NCBI RefSeq assembly: GCF_001194135.2
Contig: NC_068982.1
Span: 5,015,691 to 5,079,690, forward strand
DNA from: Octopus bimaculoides
Lineage: Eukaryota
Length of the DNA: 64,000 bases
Direction of reading: 5' to 3'
Positions 51,573-63,564 of the stretch are shown one piece after another (the stretch's first letter is position 1; every line of letters begins with the position of its first letter). A model generated the notes under the pieces. It made no database searches. It was not told the origin of the DNA and was given only the letters and a program-made list of their open reading frames with translations. Position numbers and translations under genes: made by a program.

Positions 51573-52725
51573 TGTGACGGGCCACAATTGTGGCTGTCAG
51601 GCACAGGTCAACAAGCCACGATCATGGCCCAGAGAGATGCATTTAATTTATGGGCATTTGTTAGGGTTTAATGTCACTCAAACACTCCGATACCCCCCAG
51701 AATGCAAGAGGACTAATAGTTCAACTAATGACTTTTCAGATGATGTAAAACTTGCCACCATTATATCCTAAGGAGATATTTTAACTATCTTTGATTTTTT
51801 TATGTTTGCATGGTAGTCTCATTTTTATAAAATGTGCTCAGCAGGCCATGCTATGTAAGTGCAAATCCCAGTGCTTTAGGGGTTAATGGTAGAAGGGACA
51901 TAGATAAATGGAGAGTAAGAGTTTAGTTATCTAGATGCTCTGATGGCCTTACTGCATGAGTTCCACTGCAACATGAGTGCTCTTCAGTTAGTGATAATGA
52001 GTAACTGACTACAAGTATTGAAGGATGTGTTTTCTGCCTCTATTACAGAAGAATCTTGTATGAATTATTTGAAGTTTGCTGACTAATAAGAATTGACAGT
52101 GTAGTGAATACAAAGATGATTGTCTCCATCAGTCATTCATCTGTCTTAAATGGGTCAGTCAGGAAGTAAATGAGCTGCTAGAGGTAGCTGGTGTGAAATT
52201 GGAAGAGATCACACCAAACAATATGGCTGACCATAGACATTGTGTGCGTGTGTGTGAATGCTTATATGTAAAGTGCAGATGAGAGTGTATGTAAAATGAT
52301 ATGCAGATAAAGCAGTGAGGAAGCTTTTCATTTTGTTTGTTTTAGTTTGTTTTTCTTCGTTTTCTCTCTTTATTTTTAAGTCAGCAAATTTGGCAAGGAT
52401 ACAATTAGAAGAGAAGATTAGCTAGCACTGGCTGCTGAAGATAGCTAAAGCTGGTTTCGGTTTCTCTAGCATTTGTGTTAGTGCGGGTGGAGAGGGGGAA
52501 AGCCAAAAATAGTTGAAAGTATTGTGGTCACGAAGAATGAATAAACATATTGAGAGGAAAGAGACAAGTTGGATGCGTTCACAGTAGGACAACCAACTGC
52601 TAGTACTTTGGTGACTGCCAAGCAGCAAATAAAGCAGAGGATCTTGGAGGAATTAGAAAAATAGATTCTTCAGAGCCTCACTGACATAAGGTTCTTGTTC
52701 TTTTCTCTGTTAATATTCAGTCACA
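51573..52725. mobile_element. Solo LTR-like element (~1.15 kb)
   Basis: 6-bp inverted termini TGTGAC...GTCACA bounding a block distinct from its flanks; no TSD (taaag/tgact). Confidence 0.5.
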
Positions 52726-52831
52726 TGACTATTCTTTGATATAAGATGCTGCTTTTGTTTACCCCCCAATTTGAACCCACTGTAAACATCTCATTTATTT
52801 AAACAGTTTATCTGGGAATATATTAACCAGT

Positions 52832-53198
52832 GTGGAGGCGCAATGGCCCAGTGGTTAGGGCAGCGGACTCGCGTCATAGGATCGCGGTTTCAATTCCCAG
52901 ACCGGGCGCTGTGAGTGTTTATTGAGCGAAAACACCTAAAGCTCCACGAGGCTCCGGCAGGGGATGGTGGCGAACCCTGCTGTGCTCTTTCACCACAACT
53001 TTCTCTCACTCTTACTTCCTGTTTCTATTGTACCTGTAATTCAAAGGGTCAGCCTTGTCACACTGTGTCACGTTGAACTACGTTAAGGGTACGTGTCTGT
53101 GGAGTGCTCAGCCACTTGAACGTTAATTTCACGAGCAGGCTGTTCTGTAGATCGGATCAACTGGAACCCTCGACGTCGTAAGCGATGGAGTGCCAACA
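52832..53198 (+). mobile_element. Young tRNA-derived SINE family O (OR-like) with Pol III boxes and an 11-bp TSD
   Basis: A box TGGCCCAGTGG at 52844-52854, B box GTTTCAATTCC at ~52887-52897, CpGs retained; TSD tattaaccagt (52821-31) / tattatccagt (53199-209). Confidence 0.9.
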
Positions 53199-53544
53199 TA
53201 TTATCCAGTACATTCTTCCTAATTTTGACAAGTGGCTGTATGGCAATGGCCCACAAACTCATAACAGAGAGACTGTAGACCAGGAGCCTCACTGCAGGCT
53301 AGCTATGGAGAGAGATGGTCAACAGAGAAGGGACTTCCAGAAGCAATATAAGAGACTTGGGCTCAAACGACCAATCGTACTCTCCCTCATAGTGTAAATG
53401 ATTGAAACAGAACAGACGATACTTTGATGCACTTTTGTTTGAGGTTATTTTCATGTGTAGCTTAGCAAAAGTTACAAAGCAGTGATTTGATGGAAATTCA
53501 GTTGTTACTTGTAACGGATTTAACAAACATAAAGGTTCATTTAA

Positions 53545-53765
53545 TCCTTTAACATTCAGATTACTCTGTCAGATGTAATGCTTATTTATTCACATTGTTT
53601 TGAATTAATCATGCATTATCTTGTGGCTTTGAGATTTCAGTGATGTGATTGTTTATTTTTAGAATGTCATTGTGGAGTAGATGTGAAATATTGCATCTGG
53701 CCAGTTTGTACGTAAAATGAGGCAGAATATTTTGGCAGGATGTGGCTGGTTTAAATATTTCCAAC
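53545..53765 (+). mobile_element. piggyBac-type MITE family P2, copy 2
   Basis: TTAA|TCCTTTAACATTCAGATTACTC... homologous to 24910-25125. Confidence 0.65.
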
Positions 53766-53845
53766 CTTTTTAGTACAGTGTTCCCTTCCACTGAATGGCT
53801 TTGCTATACTTTGCAATAATAATAATAATAATAATGATAATAATA

Positions 53846-54223
53846 AAAGAAAGAAAGAACATGCATGATAATCAACATAGCATGCCCTGGTGACAACAGG
53901 ATCAATGTGAAAGAAGAAGAAAAACTGAGCAACTACGACGATTTGAAGTGGGAAACACGAAGGTTGTGGTCAATGAAGTGAGTAGACGTGATACCAGTAA
54001 TTGGTGCAGTTGGAATTATCAGCACTCAACTACCAACATGGCTGAAAAAGATTGGTGCAAGGCTGAAAGTAGAACACCCACAAAAATCAGCATTGCTTGG
54101 AACTGCAAGAATTCTTTGTAGCGTTCTTGAAGCATGACCAGTAAACAAAGTGTCACCTTAGTCTGCTGGCTGGGGACAGCTGACACTTTCCATCATACAC
54201 AGCAAAATAAGCTGTGAGATTTC

Positions 54224-54225
<2 letters not shown>
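53846..54225 (+). mobile_element. R4/Dong-like non-LTR retrotransposon 3' end (restriction-like endonuclease), inserted in (TAA)n
   Basis: KERTCMIINIACPGDNRINVKEEEKLSNYDDLKWETRRLWSMK*VDVIPVIGAVGIISTQLPTWLKKIGARLKVEHPQKSALLGTARILCSVLEA* (~D.A.P.D..V..KE.EK..KY..L..EI.RLW...V.PIVIGALG...QK.ALLGTARILR.VL); (TAA)n on both sides. Confidence 0.9.
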
Positions 54226-54270
<45 letters not shown>

Positions 54271-55107
54271 GCTTCAAATTTTGACAAAAATCCAGAAATT
54301 TCAGGGGAGGGGATAAGTCGATTACATTCACCCCAGTTTCTCACTGGTACACACATATGTAATGGGCTTCTTTCAGTTTCCATCTACTCACATGACTTTG
54401 GTTGGCCTGAGGCTATAGTAGAAGACCCTTGACCGAGGTGCCATGAAGTGGGACTGAACCCAGGACCATGTAGTTGAGAAACAAGCTTCTTACCATACAG
54501 CCACGCCTGCACCTAGAAGTATTATAGCCTTAATTCAACGTTTTGATTGCAGATAGCATCCCTAAGTAATTATCTAACTTAGCAACTGACTTAGCATTTA
54601 TTATAGAATTTGGTGTTACAAATCACCAGATAAGGGGCTTCAAATAATCAAATTAATGGAATCACTAAACCCCTTTCAGCCCCTTTCATCTCTACTCCAA
54701 ACATATTTTCAAACACACTATTATCACATTCAGTCGTAATAGATTTTTACGACTACTGTGGAGTGCTTTTGTAGAATGTATCAAGGGAACAATTATAAAA
54801 CAACTTAGAACCCCAATTTACATATGTGAAATCCCTCAATAGAAGAATCTCCCATTTCTAATACCAGCTCTATTGCAAATAACATTTATGGAGCTTACAA
54901 CTTCCATTTCTTTTATTCTAAGCATTACATGTTAATGTGTTTTCATTTTAATATCTTTATCACTTCAGTTCTTATCTAGCTTCAGTTGGATTATGATATT
55001 TGATATTACTACCATTGTTTGCAATATTGGCACATGATGTCTAATATCTAGGTTATGTATCGAAGGTAGTTATGATTACAGAAATCATATTGTTGCAGGA
55101 ACAATAA

Positions 55108-55117
55108 GAAAAAAAAG

Positions 55118-55167
<50 letters not shown>
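55108..55167 (+). repeat. Poly(A) tract (~60 nt) followed by TCGCTG and a hairpin
   Basis: Direct reading; TTACTACCATT-ccacgtt-AATGGTAGTAA follows. Confidence 0.9.
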
Positions 55168-55169
<2 letters not shown>

Positions 55170-56142
55170 GCTGAGGCTTACTACCATTCCACGTTAATGG
55201 TAGTAATGTTAATGGTAAACCTCAAAGCAAGGCATTTTTTTAAAATCAATATTTTACTAACAACCTTGTTAACAAAGAGGTTGTAGTGGCTCTTTTAGAT
55301 ACCAATTATTCAAGAAGTACTTAACTACCCTACGTATCAATAAAGGAAGTCGTAATTGCATCCCAAGTCATACACATTCCTCTCAAACCATATCATTCTG
55401 GAAAAGAGTATCAACAAAACAATAAATCAAATAATAATAATAATAATGATGATGATGATGATGATGATGATGATGCAGAAAACTAGGATTTCATTTTTAC
55501 TAATATCTGTAATTCAATTCTATATGAATAATAAAAATGTACTCTGAAGTAGTTACCAATACTGGAAACTATAAATCAATTTAATTGAGAATTGATTAAA
55601 AAACAGTTTGTTAAACACAGAAAAAAAAAATTGTCAGAAAGAAATGTAGAGAAAAAAATCATTTCTTCTTCTATGTATATGTTTAAACAAAACAAAAAAG
55701 GTTGTTTTTTTTTCTGAATCTACTAAATTAAGATTGATTAAATAACAAGAAACATGAATTCTTGTTTAAAAGGAAACTGAAGAATTCTACGATCAGTTAA
55801 ATGCTACTTTTACCAATTAACTGAATTCTATCAAAGAAATAAAAACTTGGAAGTAAAATTTTAATGTTACCTCGGGGTAAATGCATAAAAACCTTTTGTC
55901 ATATAAGAGTAACCCTTAAATATTGTCATATTATATAGTAACCAAGGCTAATATTTGTTTGCACTGATATATATAAATGATATTCATATATGTATATATA
56001 TGTATACATTGTAAAATATATTTGCTAACTTAATGTGGTGGTCCCATAGAGGACGATGTTACTGCCACATTTAGTTAGCAAACATATTTTATGATTCTGT
56101 AATGATACTGTTTATATCTTGCTCAGAGATTTAATATAGCTA

Positions 56143-56197
<55 letters not shown>

Positions 56198-57549
56198 AAT
56201 TATAAATAAGGGCAAAGAAAAAATTTTCTTTGCCAATATGCTGAAAAATAGACACTAAATTGTCTAACCACATAAAATATTTTCCCTTATATTATTAGAC
56301 CACGTATCGAAACAAGGAAAGCAAGCTAAGAGAAATTCATAAAAATAAAGTTATCCCTGAATCGACTTCGATTTCTGGATTAATCCAAAAAGGATTCTTC
56401 TTTCATCAGCGAGGAACACAAAATGAAAATAAATGAAATACCTAGACATTCCCACGGAAAAGCAGATGCAAAGTCATGAACCCATTTAAGTACCCCAAAC
56501 ATATCCAAATAGAAATTCCATAGCAAGCCTTGACACAAGTGTAGTCGGTCAGGAAACATACACTTCACCTGAAAAGGTATTTTCCATATGCTGGTCACTG
56601 ATAAAATCTTTTAATAAAATTTTATCCTTATGTTAGAAGCTATATATATCATCATCATCATCATCATCATCGTTTAACGTCCGCTTTCCATGCTAGCATG
56701 GGTTGGACGATTTGACTGAGGACTGGTGCAACCGGATGGCTACACCAGATACATATATATTTCAATCAAAAAAAAGCAACACGGATTTTAAAGGTTATTG
56801 CAGTACGCACGTTTCATGCGACTGTTTATTTAAGCAATGTGACCATTACATTAAATGTAAAATGCAGAGCAATCTTCAGCTGCACAAGGATACAGAAAAT
56901 TTACTGAAAATTTCATTTCAGCAGAATGGACATATTACTGTTGTGACAACATTTAAACAATCTAAGTGGGAAAGAAGAATACAGAAAAACCATCTTGACA
57001 TACCCAAGGCTAGGAGGCTCGTAATTAACTCTAGGTAGAATTCTAACTGTCCCTGATTTTAATTTGTTTCATTTCACATTGCTCCAGTACACTCAAGTGT
57101 AAATAGGTAACCTTGCAATGGACAAGCTTTCTGATTAGTGGGAGATGTTGGTCTGCTTGACTAGCCAGCAGAATGGCATCATTCAAAAGTTAAAACAATG
57201 CAAAGCGTATTGTGACTAGTGATGTATAACAGCATCTGACAGTCTGGTCATTCACATGATCACAGAATATAATATAGTCATTTATGCAATGAAATTAGTT
57301 TAAATTTATAATATTGAAATGCAGATTATGAGCTAATAAGATATTTACAGTGGTGTGAACATTTCAAGAAGAGCTCATATCGTGATAGGTTCATTAAAGT
57401 ATCAATTCTTTCATCGTGACATAAATTGTGAAGTTCTATTGAGTCTACCACAAGAGTATCAAACACCTTTGGCTTTGTTGGCTGGATTGAAACCTAAACT
57501 AGATCTTTCAGCTGGATAGGGACAATTATTCCTAAAAATTCTATTTGTA

Positions 57550-57770
57550 AAACAGGTATCAAATTTTGGCAAAAGGCCAGCAAGTTTGAGAGAGGGGATA
57601 AGTCGTTTACATCGACTCCAGTGAAAAACTGGTACTTATTTTTAAGACCCTTGAAAGGATGAAAGGCAAAATCAACCATAGCAAAATTGGAACTGAGAAA
57701 GGAAAGACAGACAAAGTATTGGTAAGCATTTTGCATGGCATGCTAACGATTCTTCTAGCTTGATTCTGCC
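57550..57770 (-). mobile_element. SINE family N
   Basis: ctggtacttatttttaagacccttgaaaggatgaaaggcaaaatcaacc. Confidence 0.8.
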
Positions 57771-58667
57771 TTGTATTCTGTTTGTAATATAAGCCAATGT
57801 AAATGGATATAAACAGCTCAATATGTATTGTAACAACTATATTAAAATATAAAAACCTATGAAGTGTTTGCAAAGTTTATATGTAGAGATGTCAGCAAAA
57901 AAAAAAACTCTCATCTACGTGTTACATATGCAGTTCTATTAAGTAAGAGTTCTTAGAGGAAGAACAAAGACAGAAAGCGTTCAAATAAGTGCTTACAGTT
58001 CTTCAGAAGATCAATACTTGATAGAAAATTAACAATGGTTCAACTGCAAAACCTTTCAATATCATTCATTTCATCAGAGCATGTATGTAAATTAAAAAAG
58101 AAAAAGAAACCTCGTTTTGGTTTGGTTTGTAGAGTCTAAGTGAAGGGAAAATAGGTCACATCTTTTAGTATATACATTCATAAATTCTTTTTCCATTGGT
58201 TAAAATAACAAAAGAATTCCCTAACGTGCACTGATTTGACTAGTTGGAACTGGTGTTAACCGTAACTCTAGTTGGTAAACCAACATTCAATGCATGAGAA
58301 GGCCATTCCATCTGTATGGTCACCGTGTCTGTATTTTTTCTGACACAGTGTATATAGGCTTGCACTATGTAATATGTCATTGTCATTCTAAAAATGGTAA
58401 GGAGAATTTGCAGCTACATCTAGCAGATCAAGCTACTACATAGAGATATCTGCATTAACATGTGGAATTTGATTGGTAGAAACTGTATGAAAATTCATTT
58501 GTTGTGTGTGTGTGAGTATATGTGTGTGTGTGTGTATGATAGCCAAAATGGACATATGATGATGATGATGATGAATTGAAATTCTAATTCACATGTAGCA
58601 AGTTTATAATTCTGGTCCCTTAGTGTCCAAGGATATGAAAAAACTATCGCATCTGAGATAGATTTAA

Positions 58668-58888
58668 CCCTTTCATTACCAACCTGGCTGAAACCAGTTC
58701 TGGCTCTGAGTACAAATGTCTTGTTTTCAAAAGTTTTGAATTAAAATCTTCCACCAAACCTTAGTCACAATTTATGTTCCTAACACTAGCTGAATGATAA
58801 CTAAGTTATTTTACTAAATTCTTTGTTATATTTAAAATTAATTGAAAGAAACACAGAACATTTCAAAATAAATACAGTAACGAAAGGG
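58668..58888 (+). mobile_element. piggyBac-type MITE family P1, copy 1
   Basis: TTAA (58664-67)|CCCTTTCATTAC...GTAACGAAAGGG|TTAA (58889-92). Confidence 0.9.
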
Positions 58889-59159
58889 TTAAATAACCAT
58901 CAATGTTTCTGCAGTGACATTCTCCCAGGTGCAAGTCAGGGCTCTTATAATTACATTGTAATTATTAGTATCACAAAGGAGATAAAAGTTCCTTGGATAC
59001 TATGTTTGCCCAGTGTTGTTTTTAGATATAGAAAAACTGGACATGGTGGACACCATGAGTGAGTCTAGGGAACAAATGCTAATCTATTTATGTTGTAGCT
59101 TGTTGTCAATAAATGTATACTACATATAGGCCCCAGCGCATTACTTCACCCAAGGAGTT

Positions 59160-59380
59160 AACAATCCTTTCTGCTACAGGCACAAGGCCTGAAATTTTGT
59201 GGGGAGGGAACTAGCTGATTACATCAACCCCTGTGCTCGACAGGAGCTTATTTTATTGGCCCCAAGAGGATGAAAAGTAAAGTCAGCTTTGGAAGATTTT
59301 GAACTCAGAATGTAAAGATAGGCAAAATGGTGCTAGGCATTTTAGTCGGAGTGCTAACGAGTCTGCCAGCATGCCTGCCT
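59160..59380 (-). mobile_element. SINE family N
   Basis: gaggatgaaaagtaaagtcagc...ttttgaactcagaatgtaaag...gtgctaacgagtctgccagc. Confidence 0.75.
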
Positions 59381-59589
59381 TGCATGAAGTTAGTAGTAAT
59401 ACTGTTAAAATGGCCCTGCATTTTCCAAATAATTTAAAGTGTAGGGCTTTTAAAACTGTTTCTTGGTCAAGATAACTATTCCTTAGAACTATTCCTTAGC
59501 TACAACTTGTCCTTTTGGATAAATCTGGTATTCAAAACAACAACAAAAAAAAAGAACTAATTGAGTGAACAGAGAAGGGAACCTAATGC

Positions 59590-59815
59590 AGCTCCCAGCC
59601 TTACTAGCTCCAGTCAAACCATCCAGCCCATGCCAGCATGGAAAACAGACATGAAATGAAATGAAATGAAATGATGATGGTGATGATGGTGATGATGATG
59701 ATGATGATGATGATGATGGTGATGGTGATGGTGATGGTGATGATGGTGATGGTGATGGTGATGATGGTGATGGTGATAGTGATGATGATGATGGTGATGA
59801 TGATGATGATGAACA
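59590..59815 (+). repeat. Family R end with expanded (ATGAA)n and (ATG/GTG)n compound tail
   Basis: Direct reading; explains the poly-M/V and poly-I/T ORFs. Confidence 0.9.
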
Positions 59816-60199
59816 TTAATGAATACTTCAATGAAATCACTTTGTTTTCCTCTTTGGTCTATTACTTTTTATCGATACATCTATGATTCTCAGCAATCAA
59901 ACGATCATTAATCTTTTAGTTATGCAATATTATCACTCTAAAATTAATTTGTTCATAATTAGGTAGTTTGTTAAAAAGGAATTTAAAGGATAGACGCCAA
60001 AGGTTTGTGCAGAATATACGTTAAACTAATTTAGCTATTAACTATGGCATTGCAAGATATTTATTTGCAATACGAATCTGTTGTTAGAAAAGCAAATGAT
60101 TCACCACAACAATAGATTTTTTTGTTTTTATTAGTTTTAATGTAGGAGAGAACATTGAAAAAAAGGAATTTTTAGCTAAAATCATCCAATTATCTTTTA

Positions 60200-60600
60200 T
60201 TTGTTTCAGTCATTAGACTGTGGCCATGTTGGAGCACAGCCTTGAAGAATTTTTAGTTGAATGAATCAACCCCAGAATTTACTTTTTTTAAAGCTTGGTA
60301 CTTTTTCTATCAGCTACTTTTCAGAACCGCTAAGTCACAGGAATGTAAACACACCAACACCGGTTGTCAAGTGGTGGTGGTGGATGACAAGCAAAGACAC
60401 AAAGACACAAACATACTTATACATACATATATGACGGGCTTCTTTCAGTTTCCGTTTATTGAATCCATTTACAAGGCTTTGCTCAACCTGAAGCTATAGT
60501 TGCAGACACTTGCTCAAGGTGCCATACAGTAGGACTGAACTAAAAACCATGGGGTTGGAAAGCAACCTTCTTACCACACAGCTACACCTGCATCTATAAT
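60200..60600 (-). mobile_element. SINE family K, full length
   Basis: Tail and head motifs both present. Confidence 0.85.
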
Positions 60601-60854
60601 ATTAAAGTATATTAAAAAGACGGAAGATAGAATTTGGGAATTAAAGACTCTAAATATTTTCTCTAGAAAGCTTTAATGGTTTTGTAATCAGAACTGGAGC
60701 TGCTCAAGTGAACAGGACATCAAATGCCAACTAAAGGATTCTTAGTTCTATTCTTGGCACTATACTTGTTCACAGTAAAAAACATAACTTTCAAATGACC
60801 CAGTTGCAGAGAGGTTCCATATATATATAGAGAGAGAGGTAAGGTTCATTACGA

Positions 60855-61190
60855 TAGGTATTAACTTAACAAGCACTCCATCAGTTACAATCACAAAGGT
60901 TCCAGTTGATCCGATCAATGGAATGGCCTAATCATGAAATTAATATGCAAGTAGCTGAGCACTCTACAGACCCGTATACCCTTAACATACTTCTCAGGGA
61001 GATTCAGCACAACACAGAATGTGACGAGGTGGCCCTTTGAAATACAGGTACTATTCATTTTTACCAGATGGGTGGAGTAACAAGAAATAAAGTACCTTGC
61101 TCAAGGACATAATGCACTGCCGGGAATCGAACTCACGACCTTACAATTGTGAGCCAAACACCCAAACTACCAAGTCATGCACCTTCACAA
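60855..61190 (-). mobile_element. SINE family O
   Basis: Reverse of 52832-53198, including the head ccgggaatcgaactcacgacc. Confidence 0.85.
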
Positions 61191-61349
61191 TATCAGTGTA
61201 AAGAGCCATGTAATTGAATAACATAATTTATTAGCTTGAGGTGTTGTACTCAAATCCTTCTGTGAGTTTTATTTACAGAAAGATGGGTTCTACCAAAATG
61301 ACAACTTATATTCACAATATTAAGATGGACTGTCCAAGATGTGCTTTAA

Positions 61350-61569
61350 CCCTTTCATTACCATATTTATTTTGAGAAGCTCTGTGTTTCTTTCAATTAC
61401 TTTAAATAAAACAAAGAATTTAGTAAAATAACTTAGTTATCGTTCAGCTAGTGTGAGGAACATAAATTGTGACTAAGGTTTGGTGGAAGATTTTAATTCA
61501 AAACTTATGAAAACAAGACATTTGTTCTCAGAGCCAGAGCTGGTTTAAGTCAGGTTGGTAACGAAAGGG
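61350..61569 (-). mobile_element. piggyBac-type MITE family P1, copy 2 (inverted relative to copy 1)
   Basis: TTAA (61346-49)|CCCTTTCATTAC...GTAACGAAAGGG|TTAA (61570-73); the interior is the reverse complement of 58668-58888. Confidence 0.9.
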
Positions 61570-63211
61570 TTAATAGCTTAAACAGGTGTAGAAACCATAG
61601 AATAAAGATTTTTAACATTGGCATGAGGCCAAAGATTTGAGAGGTGATACAATGAATTCTCAGATTCCCACAACCAAACTGGTATATATTATATCAAGCC
61701 CCCAAAAATGAAAGGCAAAGTTAAATTTAGATAATTTTAAAGTCATGCAACAAAAGACCAGAAGATTCTCCACTGATTGTCAATCACTTTCATTAGTTAT
61801 CTGCTGACTCACCACTTTCTCCCTAGTTCTCTACTGACTATTAATCAATGACCATTTCCTCTTGCTCCCCACAGGCTCTATAAACCTATCACCATTGAAT
61901 ATAATTCTCTGCAGACTCAGTCAATCAACTAACATTGTGTCCAGCTCTCTACTCACTCTGTCAAACCACCATCAGAGAAATTCATTGACTGGTAAGAGAA
62001 GAGAAAACAAAATGATGCTGAAAGCAAATGATCTTTTAAATATTGAGTGATTGTATGTGCTTACGTTACTGAATAGTTTACCAGAAATTATTAGAAAACT
62101 GCATAATATTTCAAACAGCACACATTAATTAAATACCTTAACAAAACTATATGGATATATTCTAAGTAGATACAAACATACAAGAAGACTTCAACAAGCC
62201 TTCTTTATCATTTGCTCAATTTACAGTAAACTATACAGATCATTATATTTCAAAACAAACGTAGCTATGTGCCAACACAGCCTTTAGGCATCCTGTGAAG
62301 AAAAGCAATCAGACAATATCTGTAGTAATGTCTAATGACTTCCAGAATTGCGACAAATTGTGAAGTAAAAGTTACCATCGAGATGGTTATTCCAAATAGA
62401 ACGAATTTAAAATGTTAGAGCTAAGAAAATAAAGGAGAACATTATAAATTGTTTGACCAAATGAATATTCCTAATAATTAGCAAAACCATTTTCTTTAGA
62501 AACACAATTCTTTTCAAAATTGCCCAATCATTTGACAATTCATTTCACTTCAAAAGAAATTACAAATACCTTAATAGCCATTCATAAACAAATATGTGGT
62601 ATGCAACTTATCGCACATAACAACATATCAACATCATTTGGCAAGAATATCAACTGTCTTCTATAAGAAAGAGAGATATTCGTACACATACATTTGCATA
62701 TATGTGTGTTATGTGTGTATGCAAAAAAAAACAAAAAAACAACTAAGATAACATGTAAATGTATACAAACATATACATACGTACACACACACACACACTT
62801 TTTTGATATAGGAAAAAGATACTGAACAAAACTGTGAAAGAATAGTAACAAAAACAGAGATATTTAGGAAAATAATGAGACACAAATATAAGGAGAAAAA
62901 CACACAAAATTGATATGTAACAAAAGTAGAAACTAAAAGAGAAGTATAAAAAAACAAAAAAGATTGCCTTCACATACTTCCCGCCTCCTCCTCTTACACA
63001 TGCATAAAGATTCTCAGATGCAAAGTGGAAGAGAGGTGGAAGATAGCAGAAGCTAATGGGAATAAGGCAGATGCGATAGTAGCTATTAGAGCTTCAGCAA
63101 TTTGTGTTTAGTAAACATTCATGTGACGTCTAAATGTCTCCACAAGTAGAACAGCCTGCTTCAATTCCTGCAGAGCAGTGAGGACCCAGCCCATAAAACA
63201 GTAAACAATAC

Positions 63212-63430
63212 CTGCAAACCAAAAGTAGTAACTGATATCTGCTTCCTATCCTATACTACGAGTCCGTTTCAGCAGATCCAGAAGTAACTCTGCCTCCTAC
63301 ACATGACAGTTTGGCATTCTTCACAGAAATTTACTAGAAATTCACTTAGCAGCTTCTTCAATTGATGCACGGTTTGGAAGAGGAAGACAAAAGGAAGAAG
63401 AAGAAGAAAAAAAAGAACAGCTGCTGGCTT
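63212..63430 (-). other. Candidate non-coding first/5' UTR exon of a minus-strand gene
   Basis: Unique sequence with a (CTT)n/CT-rich leader on the minus strand and donor-like GCAG|GTATTG at 63212/63211, just downstream of a long CA/TA microsatellite. Confidence 0.3.
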
Positions 63431-63469
63431 ATCTCAAACTTTGAAACTTTTGACATCATTCTGAAAGAA

Positions 63470-63513
63470 ATATGCATGTATGTGTGTACTTAAATATATA
63501 TATGCATATATAT

Positions 63514-63564
<51 letters not shown>

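Noticed and set aside
52834-52915. tRNA gene
   Set aside because: The tRNA-like head continues into a SINE body with a TSD, other copies exist, and there is no clean acceptor stem or terminator.
58900-59060. GASQGS motif suggesting LINE RT (GVPQGS)
   Set aside because: Single short motif, downstream FADD not recoverable.
59604-59886. Poly-Ile/Thr and poly-Met/Val ORFs (also 54214, 55356)
   Set aside because: Translations of trinucleotide microsatellite tails.
61876-61991. Plus-strand exon-like segment with good splice sites
   Set aside because: No recognisable product; an alternative frame (HSVKPPSEKFID) hints at a decayed L2 endonuclease; not supportable either way.
62582-62973. Hydrophobic membrane-protein-like ORFs
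   Set aside because: Translations of a T-rich low-complexity strand.
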